In this document: positions 30,259 to 40,467 of the stretch, piece by piece | Layout of the letters: every line of letters starts with the position of its first letter | Numbering within the stretch: position 1 is the first letter of the stretch | Notes under the pieces: generated by a model | The model's input: the letters and a program-made list of their open reading frames with translations, nothing else | The model's database searches: none | What the model was told of the DNA's origin: nothing | Assembly: GCA_024689005.1 (NCBI GenBank) | Contig: JAILDU010000093.1 | Coordinates: 649-64,648 of the forward strand | DNA from: Paludibacteraceae bacterium | GTDB lineage: Bacteria; Bacteroidota; Bacteroidia; Bacteroidales; Paludibacteraceae | Direction: 5' to 3' | DNA length: 64,000 nucleotides | Made by a program: the position numbers and the translations under genes

Positions 30259-31101
30259 AACCTGTTTCGGTTTGCAACGTCCCGCGTACATTCCTCTTAT
30301 GTAGTTCTTGATTTTGTTGCACTTGTCATCCCAATCATAGAGACATAAGCGTTTCAATTCTTTTCTTAAGTACTTCTTGTAGTATTTGGCCATGTCCGGA
30401 TACAATTGAGCCATCCAACGCATATTTCGTGCTATGTAGAAATATCGCCAAGCAGTATGTGACGTGTAAGGATGATGTATTATCTTCACAATTTGTACGC
30501 CATTGCCCAAACTATGCGTTAACAGAATTTTGTTGGTACGAACGATTTGCCAGCCTTCTTGGCGCAAGTGACAGCATATTTCATCGTCCACATTATCTAT
30601 AAAGAAGTCTTCTCTAAACCCATTGACTTCTTGCCATGCCTTGAGGCGTAGCAGATTGCCTGAGCACATGATAATTTTCTTTTGTTCAAATCGCCCGAGT
30701 GTTTTGTGCACCTCCGGATGTCCATCGCAATCATGGAAAGGAGCAAAGATACCAACTTTTTCAAAATCAGGATATTGCGCTGCTTCGTCTATGTATTGCT
30801 GTACAGAATGTTGATTCCAAAGAGAATCTTGGTCCATGGTTAAGACCCATTCTGCTCCTAATTGAAGTGCCTTGTTGCAGCCGATATTTAGTGCTGCAGC
30901 AATCCCCTTGTTGGCGCAAAGAGGGATGTAGTGAGCATTTGCAATATCAGCGCATAATCTGCTATTGTCCGTATCACTATTATCAACTATGATGACGTGT
31001 TCAAAATTGTCCTTGTAGAGTGATAGCGCATGCACCTCTTTTTGCGAAGGATGGAACCAAATAACAAGGGCAACAATACTATTAAATTTTTCGAATGCCA
31101 T
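30253..31101 (-). CDS. GT2-family glycosyltransferase (rhamnosyltransferase-like)
   Basis: VALVIWFHP...IIVDNSDTDN...NKGIAAALN...TMDQDS. Its 3' end overlaps the convergent waaL-like gene by 6 nt. Confidence 0.78.
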   Translation of the reverse strand: MAFEKFNSIVALVIWFHPSQKEVHALSLYKDNFEHVIIVDNSDTDNSRLCADIANAHYIPLCANKGIAAALNIGCNKALQLGAEWVLTMDQDSLWNQHSVQQYIDEAAQYPDFEKVGIFAPFHDCDGHPEVHKTLGRFEQKKIIMCSGNLLRLKAWQEVNGFREDFFIDNVDDEICCHLRQEGWQIVRTNKILLTHSLGNGVQIVKIIHHPYTSHTAWRYFYIARNMRWMAQLYPDMAKYYKKYLRKELKRLCLYDWDDKCNKIKNYIRGMYAGRCKPKQVL

Positions 31102-31855
31102 TATCGCAGATGTATTTATTCATTTTTTGTTGTTGTGTGCAGTAGATGGAGTTGATCTCGTGATCCTGCCAATTCTCTTTGTGATATAAGTGATACTGAA
31201 CGGCCAAGTTGCGTAGAGAAACAATTTTGCATCCCATGGCTTGCATGCGCCATTCAATATCGTAGTCCTCTCCAGTAGCAGGCAGAATGTAGTTCTCGTC
31301 AAATCCATTGATGGCAATTAAATCCTCACGAGACATGGACATGTTGCTTCCCACCAAATGCTTTACCGGTCTGCGTATCCATTGTGCCAATCCGCAATAG
31401 AAAGCTTCTTCAATGTAGCGACATCCTCTGTGGCAGAACAAGTATGGCCATAATAGTAATTGTTCTCCATTTATACAGCGTTCACTCAACTCCGGGCTTA
31501 GTTTAATGCGTTTTCCGGCAAGCATTACCCCGCGTTGCCTATAGCGGCAGTGCCATTCAACAAATTTCGGGTGTAATACGCAGTCTCCGTCAATGAAGAT
31601 AAGCCAATCATTCTTAGCCGCCATAACTGCACGGTTGAGTGCCAACTCTTTTCTCCACCCTTTGTCTTCTTGTGTCAAATGCTGCATGACCCACGGAAAA
31701 TCGTAGCGCTGTATAAAGTCCGCCATTTGTTTATCATTGCCGTCTTCAGACAAAATGAGTTCGAAATCTTGTTCTGTCTGCTTTTTGAGACTATCGAGAA
31801 CCGCCTTGAGTGCGCGAGTGTTCTTGTATATTGATATGATGATAGTTGCTTTCAT
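31082..31855 (-). CDS. GT2-family glycosyltransferase
   Basis: MKATIIISIYKNTRALKAVLDSLKKQTEQDFELILSEDGN, IFIDGDC, GEDYDIEWR. Confidence 0.8.
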   Translation of the reverse strand: MKATIIISIYKNTRALKAVLDSLKKQTEQDFELILSEDGNDKQMADFIQRYDFPWVMQHLTQEDKGWRKELALNRAVMAAKNDWLIFIDGDCVLHPKFVEWHCRYRQRGVMLAGKRIKLSPELSERCINGEQLLLWPYLFCHRGCRYIEEAFYCGLAQWIRRPVKHLVGSNMSMSREDLIAINGFDENYILPATGEDYDIEWRMQAMGCKIVSLRNLAVQYHLYHKENWQDHEINSIYCTQQQKMNKYICDNGIRKI

Positions 31856-33384
31856 CGAATTCCGTATTGTGTGGTTGTCAGATGTTGTTTTTTTGTTTCG
31901 TTCCAGATGGCTTTGTTTCGTCTAAAGTCCTCTTCGTTACGGTAAGGGCGTTTGTGAAAGAGATGTAAGAGTGGCGTTCCGTATCTCAATTGAATACCGG
32001 TTATACCAGCATTCTCCAATCGTTGACCAAATTCGCGGTCTTCAGCTCCGTAACGCATACGTGTATCAAAACCATTTGCACGGATGATATATTCGCGCCA
32101 TGTAGAAGCATTTCCTCCGTTCCATGAAGCCTTCGTTGGCGTAATCCAATTCATCACTTTGCATACAAAAGAGTTGTGCCATAGTTTGCTCATCTTCCAA
32201 TTCCATGGCATTCCATGTTGTCTCAACCAATTGATGCAGAACGCATTTCCGCTTGCAATATCCTCTTCTGATAAAGCATGACTCAATTGTTCGGGCAACA
32301 TGATTGCACCACCGGAAACAAAGTGTCCATGCGCGGCATGTCTGTAATGCTGACTGATAAAATCTTTTCTCGGTATTAAGTCTTGATCGATAAAGATCAG
32401 ATAATCGCTTTGGGCAATAGTAACGGCTTTGTTCAGTATTTCTGTTTTGCGGAAACCATGGTCCTCGTGCCATACATGTCTTAAAGGTAATAGCGTAGAG
32501 TATTGCTCTATGAGCGCAGCAGTTCGTTGGTCTGAGCCATCATCGGCAATGATTATTTCGGTAGACCGGTGCGTTTGATATTTCAGTCCCCAGAGAACTT
32601 TCTCAAGCCAAGTCGGATTGTTGTATGTGGATACAATAACACCAACAGAAAATGTGTCATCGGTAACGAAATGTTCATGTGAATGGTGCTTCCAAAAACG
32701 TGTTCGCGCAGTTTGTATCCATTGTATGCAATCAGTTTCGCTTATATTTCTATCTGCAGCATAAATCGGACACAAAGATTCAAAGAAATCCTTTTTCCCC
32801 CAAAGGCGGCACAAGTTGTTACACCCCTGGCGAGGAGAAACATAGCCGAACTGCATTCGGTTGATATCCACCAATTCAAACTGCCACTTGTTATTAACCT
32901 TTCCGTAGAGAATGTTTCCCGGAGACAAATCTTTGTGCAACACGCCTGCATTATGTAACGATGCTGCAAAATGTGCGAAAGCCTCAATCAAGTCCTCTTT
33001 GCCTGCAATATTACCATCTCTGAAGTTGTAGAAACTCTGAGTGAACCGGCTTTGCAGGGTGATGAGATAAGATTCTTCTATAAGACCATTTCCGCAAAGA
33101 ATGTATGCTATAGGAGTCGGTGTCGCAATTCCTCGTTTCTTTAACTCAAAAGCATTTCTGTATGCAGATTCTGCCTTTGGAGTGCGAAACAAAGTATAAA
33201 CTAAGCGATTGAACCAAATGGGTCGTTTATAACGTTTTACGCACAACGAAAATCCGTTATACGTGATTAGTCTTATTTGGTTGCGTTCGTTATAGATTAC
33301 CTTTCCTAATTGTTCAAACTGCTGTGGAATCAATTGCAGCCATTCACGCAACTGTTCATATTGTGGATTGACTATTATCTTCAT
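31852..33384 (-). CDS. Fusion protein with an N-terminal LPS-kinase (Kdo/WaaP/InaA family) domain and a C-terminal GT2 glycosyltransferase domain
   Basis: The kinase catalytic loop is LHKDLSPGNILY, followed by ELVDINRMQF. The GT2 start is VGVIVSTYNNPTWLEKVL...IIADDGSD...FIDQD. Confidence 0.75.
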   Translation of the reverse strand: MKIIVNPQYEQLREWLQLIPQQFEQLGKVIYNERNQIRLITYNGFSLCVKRYKRPIWFNRLVYTLFRTPKAESAYRNAFELKKRGIATPTPIAYILCGNGLIEESYLITLQSRFTQSFYNFRDGNIAGKEDLIEAFAHFAASLHNAGVLHKDLSPGNILYGKVNNKWQFELVDINRMQFGYVSPRQGCNNLCRLWGKKDFFESLCPIYAADRNISETDCIQWIQTARTRFWKHHSHEHFVTDDTFSVGVIVSTYNNPTWLEKVLWGLKYQTHRSTEIIIADDGSDQRTAALIEQYSTLLPLRHVWHEDHGFRKTEILNKAVTIAQSDYLIFIDQDLIPRKDFISQHYRHAAHGHFVSGGAIMLPEQLSHALSEEDIASGNAFCINWLRQHGMPWNWKMSKLWHNSFVCKVMNWITPTKASWNGGNASTWREYIIRANGFDTRMRYGAEDREFGQRLENAGITGIQLRYGTPLLHLFHKRPYRNEEDFRRNKAIWNETKKQHLTTTQYGIR

Positions 33385-34325
33385 TTCGTTTCCAGTAGTT
33401 TGTTAACAATTTCTTCAGGTGTGATATCCAGGCAGCGATAGTCGCCATATTTGCATTTCTTGTTGCCATAGATAGAGCAAGGACGGCATGGCATATCATG
33501 TTGTATGCAGTCGGACTCTTTTTGTCCGAAGCCTAAGAATCCAGCATTGGGATGCGTAGCGCCCCAAATAGAGATGACTCGTGTCCCAGCCAAAGAAGCA
33601 AGGTGCATGTTTGCGCTATCCATAGTAAGCATGACGCGCAGGTTTTTCATTCGCTTTAGGTCGCTCAAGATCCCGGAATTGACTCGAGTATTGTCTAGGA
33701 TTGTCTCGGAATCAACCCACGATTGTAATATACTTATTTCTTTTTCTCCTGCTCCAAACAAGACGACCTTTTCTCCTCGGTTACGTAGCAATTTGACCAC
33801 CTGTTCCATCTTGTCGATGGGATATATTTTTCCTCTGTGTGCAGCAAAAGGTGCGATACCGATACCCTCTCCTGATGTGCTGATGGATGGTTGCGGCAAA
33901 AGAATAGGAAAACCTATGCGTCGCAGTACATCAGCATATCGCTCAATCATCGGCACGAGAGGTTTCCGTATCCAACCATGAGTGAGCATCCATTTTTGGA
34001 TGCGTCCTTTGTGTAAGGTTGCCACGTGTGCGCCGCGTAGTCTCATGCACCAACGAATGTAGAGCGAGCGCCAGACACCATGCATGTCTGCCACATAATC
34101 GTATTTGCCCAAACGATTTATTATCTCTCGAAGTGACTCTTTTTTTGTGTCCACTCCCAGAAAATGTACGTTATGCGGCATGTCAGCGTACAAGTCCGCC
34201 ATGCGTTGTCGCGAAAGCATGGTAATTTCCGTGTCCGGATATTGTTCGGCTAGTGCGCGAACAACGGGAACCAGCATAGCGACATCGCCTAAAGCGGAGA
34301 AACGTATGACAAGTATGCGTATCAT
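33381..34325 (-). CDS. GT9-family glycosyltransferase (heptosyltransferase)
   Basis: MIRILVIRFSALGDVAMLVPVVRAL...MDSANMHLASLAGTRVISIWGATHP. Confidence 0.85.
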   Translation of the reverse strand: MIRILVIRFSALGDVAMLVPVVRALAEQYPDTEITMLSRQRMADLYADMPHNVHFLGVDTKKESLREIINRLGKYDYVADMHGVWRSLYIRWCMRLRGAHVATLHKGRIQKWMLTHGWIRKPLVPMIERYADVLRRIGFPILLPQPSISTSGEGIGIAPFAAHRGKIYPIDKMEQVVKLLRNRGEKVVLFGAGEKEISILQSWVDSETILDNTRVNSGILSDLKRMKNLRVMLTMDSANMHLASLAGTRVISIWGATHPNAGFLGFGQKESDCIQHDMPCRPCSIYGNKKCKYGDYRCLDITPEEIVNKLLETK

Positions 34326-34936
34326 TTCTTGTTGTACAGAACAGGATTGAGTGTCGGGTCGTTGTACATCTTCATTTGGCGATACACTTTCATGATACGT
34401 GTACCATCCTGATAATCTGCCAATAGTTGACTGATAGAAGTGGTCATGTCGGCGAGTTGCTCTTTGAGAACCGCCATTTTGTCAGCGCATTTCTTGTGTT
34501 GCTCTGCGCTAACATCGTTGCGGTCCACTTGTTCTTGCATGTGCCAAAGTTTGACATGTAGAATACTGAGTCTGTCGATAGCCCAAGCCGGACTTTCGGT
34601 ATTGATACGTGCGTTTGGTTGCGGTTGGATGTCATGGAATTGCTCCCAGAAATAACTATCAATGCGCTCTACCAAATCCGTACGATCCTGATTGCTCTTG
34701 TCTATTCGGCGTTTGAGGTTCAAAGCAGCAATTGGGTCAATATTCGGGTCGCGAATGATGTCCTCCAAGTGCCATTGTACGGTGTCAATCCAGTTTTTTA
34801 AGTACAAATCATGTTCGATAGTACCTGCAGCATACGGATTGTTAATTGGTGCATCTACATTGTCTGTACGATGATAATCCTTTACTGCTTGTGCAAAAAT
34901 GTTGTTGCTTGATTCTACAAAATTCATATTTACCAT
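34322..34936 (-). CDS. DUF4254-like protein (commonly adjacent to GT9 genes in Bacteroidota)
   Basis: 204-aa soluble helical protein with ATGA-type coupling to the GT9 gene. The family assignment comes from recalled resemblance only. Confidence 0.5.
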   Translation of the reverse strand: MVNMNFVESSNNIFAQAVKDYHRTDNVDAPINNPYAAGTIEHDLYLKNWIDTVQWHLEDIIRDPNIDPIAALNLKRRIDKSNQDRTDLVERIDSYFWEQFHDIQPQPNARINTESPAWAIDRLSILHVKLWHMQEQVDRNDVSAEQHKKCADKMAVLKEQLADMTTSISQLLADYQDGTRIMKVYRQMKMYNDPTLNPVLYNKK

Positions 34937-36411
34937 TTACATATTAGTCCTTGTTTGCATATAGTCAGCATGGCTCCGAATCTGTTGCCGAATTGGTTTC
35001 CGAAATCGCCGCATAGTGCAACTCCAAACTCAAGATTCCATGCTTGCGGAACGCATTTTTTTACCTCCAACAATAATGCAGTGTTGTGCATGCTAATAGG
35101 GCGAAGGTATGTTCCGTAGTTGTCTGTATATGTGCATAATGTGCGGTATCTCCAACCAAAGATATCGCCTTTGATTCCGATATGGTGTGCCATGACCCGC
35201 GTATTGTCTTGGCTTAATAAAGGTGATCCTAGGTTGCGTCCAAAATAAGTCCATCCCTGCGTGTAGATGCTATTCGTATAATAGCTATCGTTGCCGCCAT
35301 AAACGCAACCATCCTTGTCGTGAAAAGGTCCACTCTGATCCGTAGTGTTGACAAACTCATATGTTATACCGCTAATAAATAGCCAGCGTGTTTGTTGCAA
35401 ACAGACGCCCCAAAGGCCATCTTTGGCGTTCATTCCTTTACCTATAAATCTTATTGGCCCGTCTTCATTGATAGTCTGCCAATAAACACTTACTATCCAC
35501 CCATCTCCTTTGACATCCATTGTCAATTGCTGATAGCCGATATGATTGCCTTGCGCATTGATTTGGTCATTTCGCATTGTGCCGCCAGAGTGTACAAGCA
35601 GTGCGTTCAGCCATGCGTTGAAATTATTACCGAGGTCGCCATAGACGGTAGAATAACCTCCCCATTGTGCTACATGGTGAAACTCGTAACTGACATTGAC
35701 AGGCAGTCGTCCTCCCACACGACCTCCGATGAATTTGTGATGCAAAAGCGTTTTGCTGACGACCTCCGCATTATCGCCTAACCAACCATGTGTCAGTCCG
35801 CCTTTGATCTCTGCGTAGCCAAACAATCCCGGAATAGCTGTCCATTTGTCAATGCCGATAGTAATGCGCGGGAAAGCGTGCGCATTGGTCGAGAAGAGTA
35901 AGTTTCCGCAACTCAAGGCAGGATCTCCTGCGCTGTAATCCAATGGTTTGATGCCAGCCGTTAAGTCAAAAAACAACAAGCGAATATGTGCGTATAGCTG
36001 GTTGAAATAACCTATTGCTATCGGTTGATTGATGCTCGGAATGTGCGATTGTAGTCGCGCAGTCAGTTGCACTGCAAAATCGTAGTCCCACCAGCGTTCC
36101 GGGTGAGATTCATTTTTATATAAGCAAAGATTTAGATTGCCGCTGTACGGGCTGCTACTGACATCACCATGCTGATTGTTTTGTAACCAAAACGGAGCTT
36201 GTCGTCCGCCAGAGACAAGTGCGCCAACTTGCCAACTATAATGCAGACTGTCATTTCCGGCAGTTACGCTATCGTCGAATCCTGTTGGCCACCACGTCCA
36301 ACTCAACTCGCGTGCATTCATCGCGAGTGAACAGAATAGCAAAATATAGAGTAGTTTAGTTCTCAATGTAGTATAATTGGTTGATAATCTGTCCTTCTTC
36401 ATTTTCTCCAA
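34930..36411 (-). CDS. Outer-membrane protein, possibly capsule-assembly Wzi-like
   Basis: Signal peptide (LLYILLFCSLAMNA), 493 aa, aromatic-rich beta-type sequence. The start overlaps the upstream Kelch gene by ~50 nt, so it is uncertain. Confidence 0.42.
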   Translation of the reverse strand: MEKMKKDRLSTNYTTLRTKLLYILLFCSLAMNARELSWTWWPTGFDDSVTAGNDSLHYSWQVGALVSGGRQAPFWLQNNQHGDVSSSPYSGNLNLCLYKNESHPERWWDYDFAVQLTARLQSHIPSINQPIAIGYFNQLYAHIRLLFFDLTAGIKPLDYSAGDPALSCGNLLFSTNAHAFPRITIGIDKWTAIPGLFGYAEIKGGLTHGWLGDNAEVVSKTLLHHKFIGGRVGGRLPVNVSYEFHHVAQWGGYSTVYGDLGNNFNAWLNALLVHSGGTMRNDQINAQGNHIGYQQLTMDVKGDGWIVSVYWQTINEDGPIRFIGKGMNAKDGLWGVCLQQTRWLFISGITYEFVNTTDQSGPFHDKDGCVYGGNDSYYTNSIYTQGWTYFGRNLGSPLLSQDNTRVMAHHIGIKGDIFGWRYRTLCTYTDNYGTYLRPISMHNTALLLEVKKCVPQAWNLEFGVALCGDFGNQFGNRFGAMLTICKQGLICKW

Positions 36412-37333
36412 GTCCGAAATACACTCGTCCGTTCAGACTGAATGCTATCTGATTTTCTGCGCGTCCGCACGGCATTTGTCCGCACATAGTCCATCGGTTT
36501 GTTTCCGGAGAATACCGCAAGTATGTATCAAATACTTCACCGCCAGTCATGTCCCCTCCGAAGTAACGTCCCCCTATAATGTAAACGTAATCTTTGTTAG
36601 CCGCGCACGCAGCAAACTCGCGTCCTTTGCCCGGCAGAGAACGCCTTATCCTCCATGTGTCGGTCTGCAGGTCTGCTTCGTACCATTGTGTCAGATTGCG
36701 TGTGTCAAAACCTAAGCCGAAATATAATAGTCCGTTGCATAAAGCACCTCTTCCGCCGAAACAAATCTTCGCGCGTGAGGAGTTGTGCGGTTCGGTTGTC
36801 CAACTATCTTCCGAAACATCATATCGGCACACATCGCGTGTGAAACTATAACCGAATCCGTAGATGGTGTATATGTTGCCATCCACAGCAAACGAAGATG
36901 CTGCAACGGTATTACTATTTGGAAAATCCGCCAGACGTGTCCAAGTGTCAGTGGTCGGAGAATAACTCCACCAATCGCGCATATATGCAGTGTCCCGATA
37001 TGCCTTTGTTGTGGAATAGCCTAAACCGACATAGAGCAAACCATTAGCCGCGGCCATGGTGGCATTGACGCGTGGAGTGAGCGGAGATGAGGATACATGA
37101 GTCCATGTGTCCGTTGCAGCGTCATAAGCCCAAAGGTCATTCAAAAAATGCCCCGTAGTATCGCGTCCTCCAAACACAAAAACTTTCCCGTCAATTGTGG
37201 CGGCGCACGCACTTGCACGGCCACCACAAGGCATAGGAGCACACGTACGCACTTCTATTTTCTCTTGCGATATATTGTTGCATGCAAAAAGTGCTGTAGC
37301 CAACAAGAATATGATTAGTTTTCTACTTTCCAC
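36356..37333 (-). CDS. Kelch-repeat beta-propeller lipoprotein
   Basis: Lipoprotein signal (LATALFAC) and about six repeats of the ...GGR...W.YD...W... type. Confidence 0.65.
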   Translation of the reverse strand: MESRKLIIFLLATALFACNNISQEKIEVRTCAPMPCGGRASACAATIDGKVFVFGGRDTTGHFLNDLWAYDAATDTWTHVSSSPLTPRVNATMAAANGLLYVGLGYSTTKAYRDTAYMRDWWSYSPTTDTWTRLADFPNSNTVAASSFAVDGNIYTIYGFGYSFTRDVCRYDVSEDSWTTEPHNSSRAKICFGGRGALCNGLLYFGLGFDTRNLTQWYEADLQTDTWRIRRSLPGKGREFAACAANKDYVYIIGGRYFGGDMTGGEVFDTYLRYSPETNRWTMCGQMPCGRAENQIAFSLNGRVYFGLGENEEGQIINQLYYIEN

Positions 37334-37335
37334 GA

Positions 37336-38088
37336 TCAGTTATCCACCACTTTAGTCTTTTTCTTCAATTCAAAATCTCGTCCCAAATAGTTCTGTCTAA
37401 CCACCGGGTTGGCTGCCAGTTCCTCAGGAGTGCCGTGGAAAAGGATTTTTCCCTCAAACAATAGATAAGCGCGGTCTGTAATCATTAGCGTTTCATCTAC
37501 GTTATGGTCTGTAATCAGAATACCTATATTCTTGTCTTTTAGACGCCAAACAACGTCTTGAATCTCTTGTACAGCAATCGGGTCCACTCCGGCAAAAGGT
37601 TCGTCCAACATGACGAACTTAGGTTCTATGGCCAGACAGCGTGCAATCTCTGTACGGCGGCGTTCTCCACCACTCAGGCGGTCACCCAGATTCTTGCGAA
37701 CGTGCGCCAAGTTGAACTCTTTGATCAACTGCTCCAGTTTTTCCTCCTGATACTCTTTGCTGAATTCAGTCAGTTCCAATACAGAGCGAATATTGTCTTC
37801 TACTGTCATTTTTCGAAAGACACTCGCTTCCTGTGGTAGATAACCGATTCCCATCTTGGCACGTTTGTACATTGGAAATGCTGTTATGTCTTGGTCGTTA
37901 AGAAATATCTTACCATGATTGGCCGTTACCAAGCCGGTTGTCATATAGAAGGTGGTTGTCTTGCCGGCTCCGTTCGGGCCCAGCAACCCCACTATCTCAC
38001 CTTGTTCCAGCTCGATAGACACATCGTTGACAACAGTTCGTTTGCCGTATTTCTTTATGAGATGTTCTGTGCGTAACTTATCCATCAA
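37336..38088 (-). CDS. lptB: LPS export ABC transporter ATP-binding protein
   Basis: [40 protein letters not shown], and the LptB-type C-terminal extension. Confidence 0.9.
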   Translation of the reverse strand: MMDKLRTEHLIKKYGKRTVVNDVSIELEQGEIVGLLGPNGAGKTTTFYMTTGLVTANHGKIFLNDQDITAFPMYKRAKMGIGYLPQEASVFRKMTVEDNIRSVLELTEFSKEYQEEKLEQLIKEFNLAHVRKNLGDRLSGGERRRTEIARCLAIEPKFVMLDEPFAGVDPIAVQEIQDVVWRLKDKNIGILITDHNVDETLMITDRAYLLFEGKILFHGTPEELAANPVVRQNYLGRDFELKKKTKVVDN

Positions 38089-38098
38089 TTCTCGATTA

Positions 38099-38863
38099 TC
38101 AATTATCTATTTGCACCATCACTGGGCAGTGGTCAGAATGGACTGCATCGGTCAGTATCTTTGCATCTTTGAGTCGGCTGCGCAAGGGTTCGCTTACCCA
38201 ATGGTAATCGATTCGCCAGCCCACATTGCGTGCGCGTGCTCCGGCTCGCCAACTCCACCAACTATAGCGCTCTGCACTTTGGTCAAACACGCGAAAACTA
38301 TCCACCATGCCGCTTGCTTCCCAACGATCCATCCATTCGCGCTCTTCCGGTAAGAAGCCGGACACGCCTATTTGGCGTTCGGGGTGATTAATATCTATTG
38401 GCTTGTGACAAATGTTATAATCTCCGCATACCACTATGTTCGGTCGCTCTTTGCGCAGGTCGTTGATCCACACTAAGAAATCCTCCAGAAATTCCATCTT
38501 GAAGTCTTGGCGAACATCGCCGGTAGTGCCACTCGGAATATATGCATCCACTATAGTTATGTCACCGAAGTCTGCTCTTAGTACACGTCCTTCGCGGTCG
38601 TATTTGGGATTACCCATACCCACAACCACTTTGTCCGGTTGCTGTTTGCAAAAGATACACACGCCCGAGTAGCCTTTCTTTTCAGCCGAATGGATGTAAC
38701 TGTGATATCCCAGTTCTTGCATTGCCAGCACGTCTATCTGTTCCGGCTGTGCTTTACTTTCCTGAATGCAGAATACATCCGGTTTTTCCGTTTGCAGCCA
38801 ATCCAATAGTCCTTTGCCTATGGCAGATCGTATTCCGTTGAGATTATAACTGATGATTTTCAT
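38099..38863 (-). CDS. xth: Exodeoxyribonuclease III
   Basis: [14 protein letters not shown]..., DVFCIQE, GDYNICH, SDHCPV. Confidence 0.93.
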   Translation of the reverse strand: MKIISYNLNGIRSAIGKGLLDWLQTEKPDVFCIQESKAQPEQIDVLAMQELGYHSYIHSAEKKGYSGVCIFCKQQPDKVVVGMGNPKYDREGRVLRADFGDITIVDAYIPSGTTGDVRQDFKMEFLEDFLVWINDLRKERPNIVVCGDYNICHKPIDINHPERQIGVSGFLPEEREWMDRWEASGMVDSFRVFDQSAERYSWWSWRAGARARNVGWRIDYHWVSEPLRSRLKDAKILTDAVHSDHCPVMVQIDN

Positions 38864-40467
38864 AACTTACGTCCCATTGTGTCGTACTCGACACCTCCAC
38901 GTTTGATTACTACTTGTCCAACGCGCAGGAGTTTGGTACATTGTGTTCCATCATTTTGTACGTTCTCTATCGGGGTTTCAGCCCAACGATGGTAACATGT
39001 GACGTTTCCGTCTTGACCCAATTCGATCCATTGAATCTCATGACCTGGGAAACCAAGGAAGTATGTGCATCCGGCTGGGAATGCATCCGTTCTGCTGCCT
39101 CTTTGGACGTTAGTATTCTCTTTTGCCTCAATCATATCAACACCCATAGCAGCCGGGATGTTATTGACAATGTTGTTTCTCCATTTGTTGGCACTATATG
39201 CAATTTTTGTAATCAGCAAGCCTTTGCCTGGCAGATATTGGTCCCAACCTGTATTATCTCGGTTCTCTAACATATAGAAAAACGAGGGATTAGGGTTGTA
39301 GCCAATCAGGTTATGTTCATTGCCGTCGCACATCAACAGTGCGACAGTGTCTTGGTTTAATTTTCCGATAGTTAGTTTAGTGGGATCAGCCAGCACTTTC
39401 GGCGTTATCCATCCCATGTAAAAACGTTCATAGGATGAATAAGCGGGTGGGGTGTTTCCTTCGTTGTTATAGCAGCCGAGATCCATTATATCCCAGTTAG
39501 CTAATGTGCGGTGGGATGTGCCATTGACTGTTGCATATAGGTCCGGGAAACCCAACACGTGAGTAAACTCATGGCAGAAGGTTGCGATGCCATCGTATTG
39601 TTTGGTGCCATAACTCAATTCACTACTGCATGCGTAACGATCTATCCTAAGATCATCTACGAAGCAACTGATTCTACCATCTTTCCATAAGTTCCATTGA
39701 TGTTGCCAAATGCTGTTGGCACTACCACCGTCTGCTTCACCAAAGCCGGCATATATAACAAACACAAAATCCACTTTGCCATCGTTGTCGTTGTCGTATA
39801 TGGTAAAATCGACACCCAATAGTGAATCTGCCAATATACAAGCTTCTTGAATCATCTCTTCCGGTCTCTTGTCATTTCCGCGGCTGTCATTTTCGCCATA
39901 GTAAGCCATCTCTTTACTTACTGTCACCGGGCCGACTACGTCAAAAATAGGGTTATATGTGCCGTAACTTTGGTCATGAAAATATTGGCGCGCGCTGCCT
40001 TCGCTATGTATAGTTTGATTGTACTTTTTGCCGTTCGACCACATAGTATAACTATAATTGCGAACGAAGTTGGCTGCATTCAGCATGGTATCAATTGTAT
40101 CTTTGTGCGTAGTAACGGCAAGATCTTTGAAGTTGACAAGTATAACCAATCCACGCGGTGCAAGATTCGGCGCATCTCCAATGCCTTCTGTGACTTGTGG
40201 TGCACGCGCGGTGCGAGCAGCCTTGGCTGCTATACTTGCATCCAGGCGGGCTCTTTTTTGCGCTGCAGTCATCGGCTTCAGACTTGTCTCGTCCAACCAT
40301 TGTCCGTTTTCATCGGTGGTATAGTGAAACCACTCGTCGCCATGCAGATAGACTACCTGTTCGGTGCCATCTTCTGCGGTACGTACTATCGGTCCGCGTT
40401 TAGCGGGTTTAGCCATTGCTATCGCACTCACTGCGATGAGCAATACAATACTGATTATCTTTTTCAT
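38860..40467 (-). CDS. Secreted M6-like (immune inhibitor A-type) zinc metalloprotease with a short C-terminal 'NGQL-type' tail
   Basis: [13 protein letters not shown] zinc motif. The signal peptide [19 protein letters not shown] begins at the ATG at 40467, which is preferred to the ORF-track start at 40554. Confidence 0.72.
   Translation of the reverse strand: MKKIISIVLLIAVSAIAMAKPAKRGPIVRTAEDGTEQVVYLHGDEWFHYTTDENGQWLDETSLKPMTAAQKRARLDASIAAKAARTARAPQVTEGIGDAPNLAPRGLVILVNFKDLAVTTHKDTIDTMLNAANFVRNYSYTMWSNGKKYNQTIHSEGSARQYFHDQSYGTYNPIFDVVGPVTVSKEMAYYGENDSRGNDKRPEEMIQEACILADSLLGVDFTIYDNDNDGKVDFVFVIYAGFGEADGGSANSIWQHQWNLWKDGRISCFVDDLRIDRYACSSELSYGTKQYDGIATFCHEFTHVLGFPDLYATVNGTSHRTLANWDIMDLGCYNNEGNTPPAYSSYERFYMGWITPKVLADPTKLTIGKLNQDTVALLMCDGNEHNLIGYNPNPSFFYMLENRDNTGWDQYLPGKGLLITKIAYSANKWRNNIVNNIPAAMGVDMIEAKENTNVQRGSRTDAFPAGCTYFLGFPGHEIQWIELGQDGNVTCYHRWAETPIENVQNDGTQCTKLLRVGQVVIKRGGVEYDTMGRKL

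Noticed and set aside
37340-37348. DnaA-box-like TTATCCACC.
   Set aside because: It is a single copy with one mismatch to TTATCCACA. It lies across the lptB stop region, with no cluster of boxes, no AT-rich unwinding element and no dnaA/dnaN context.
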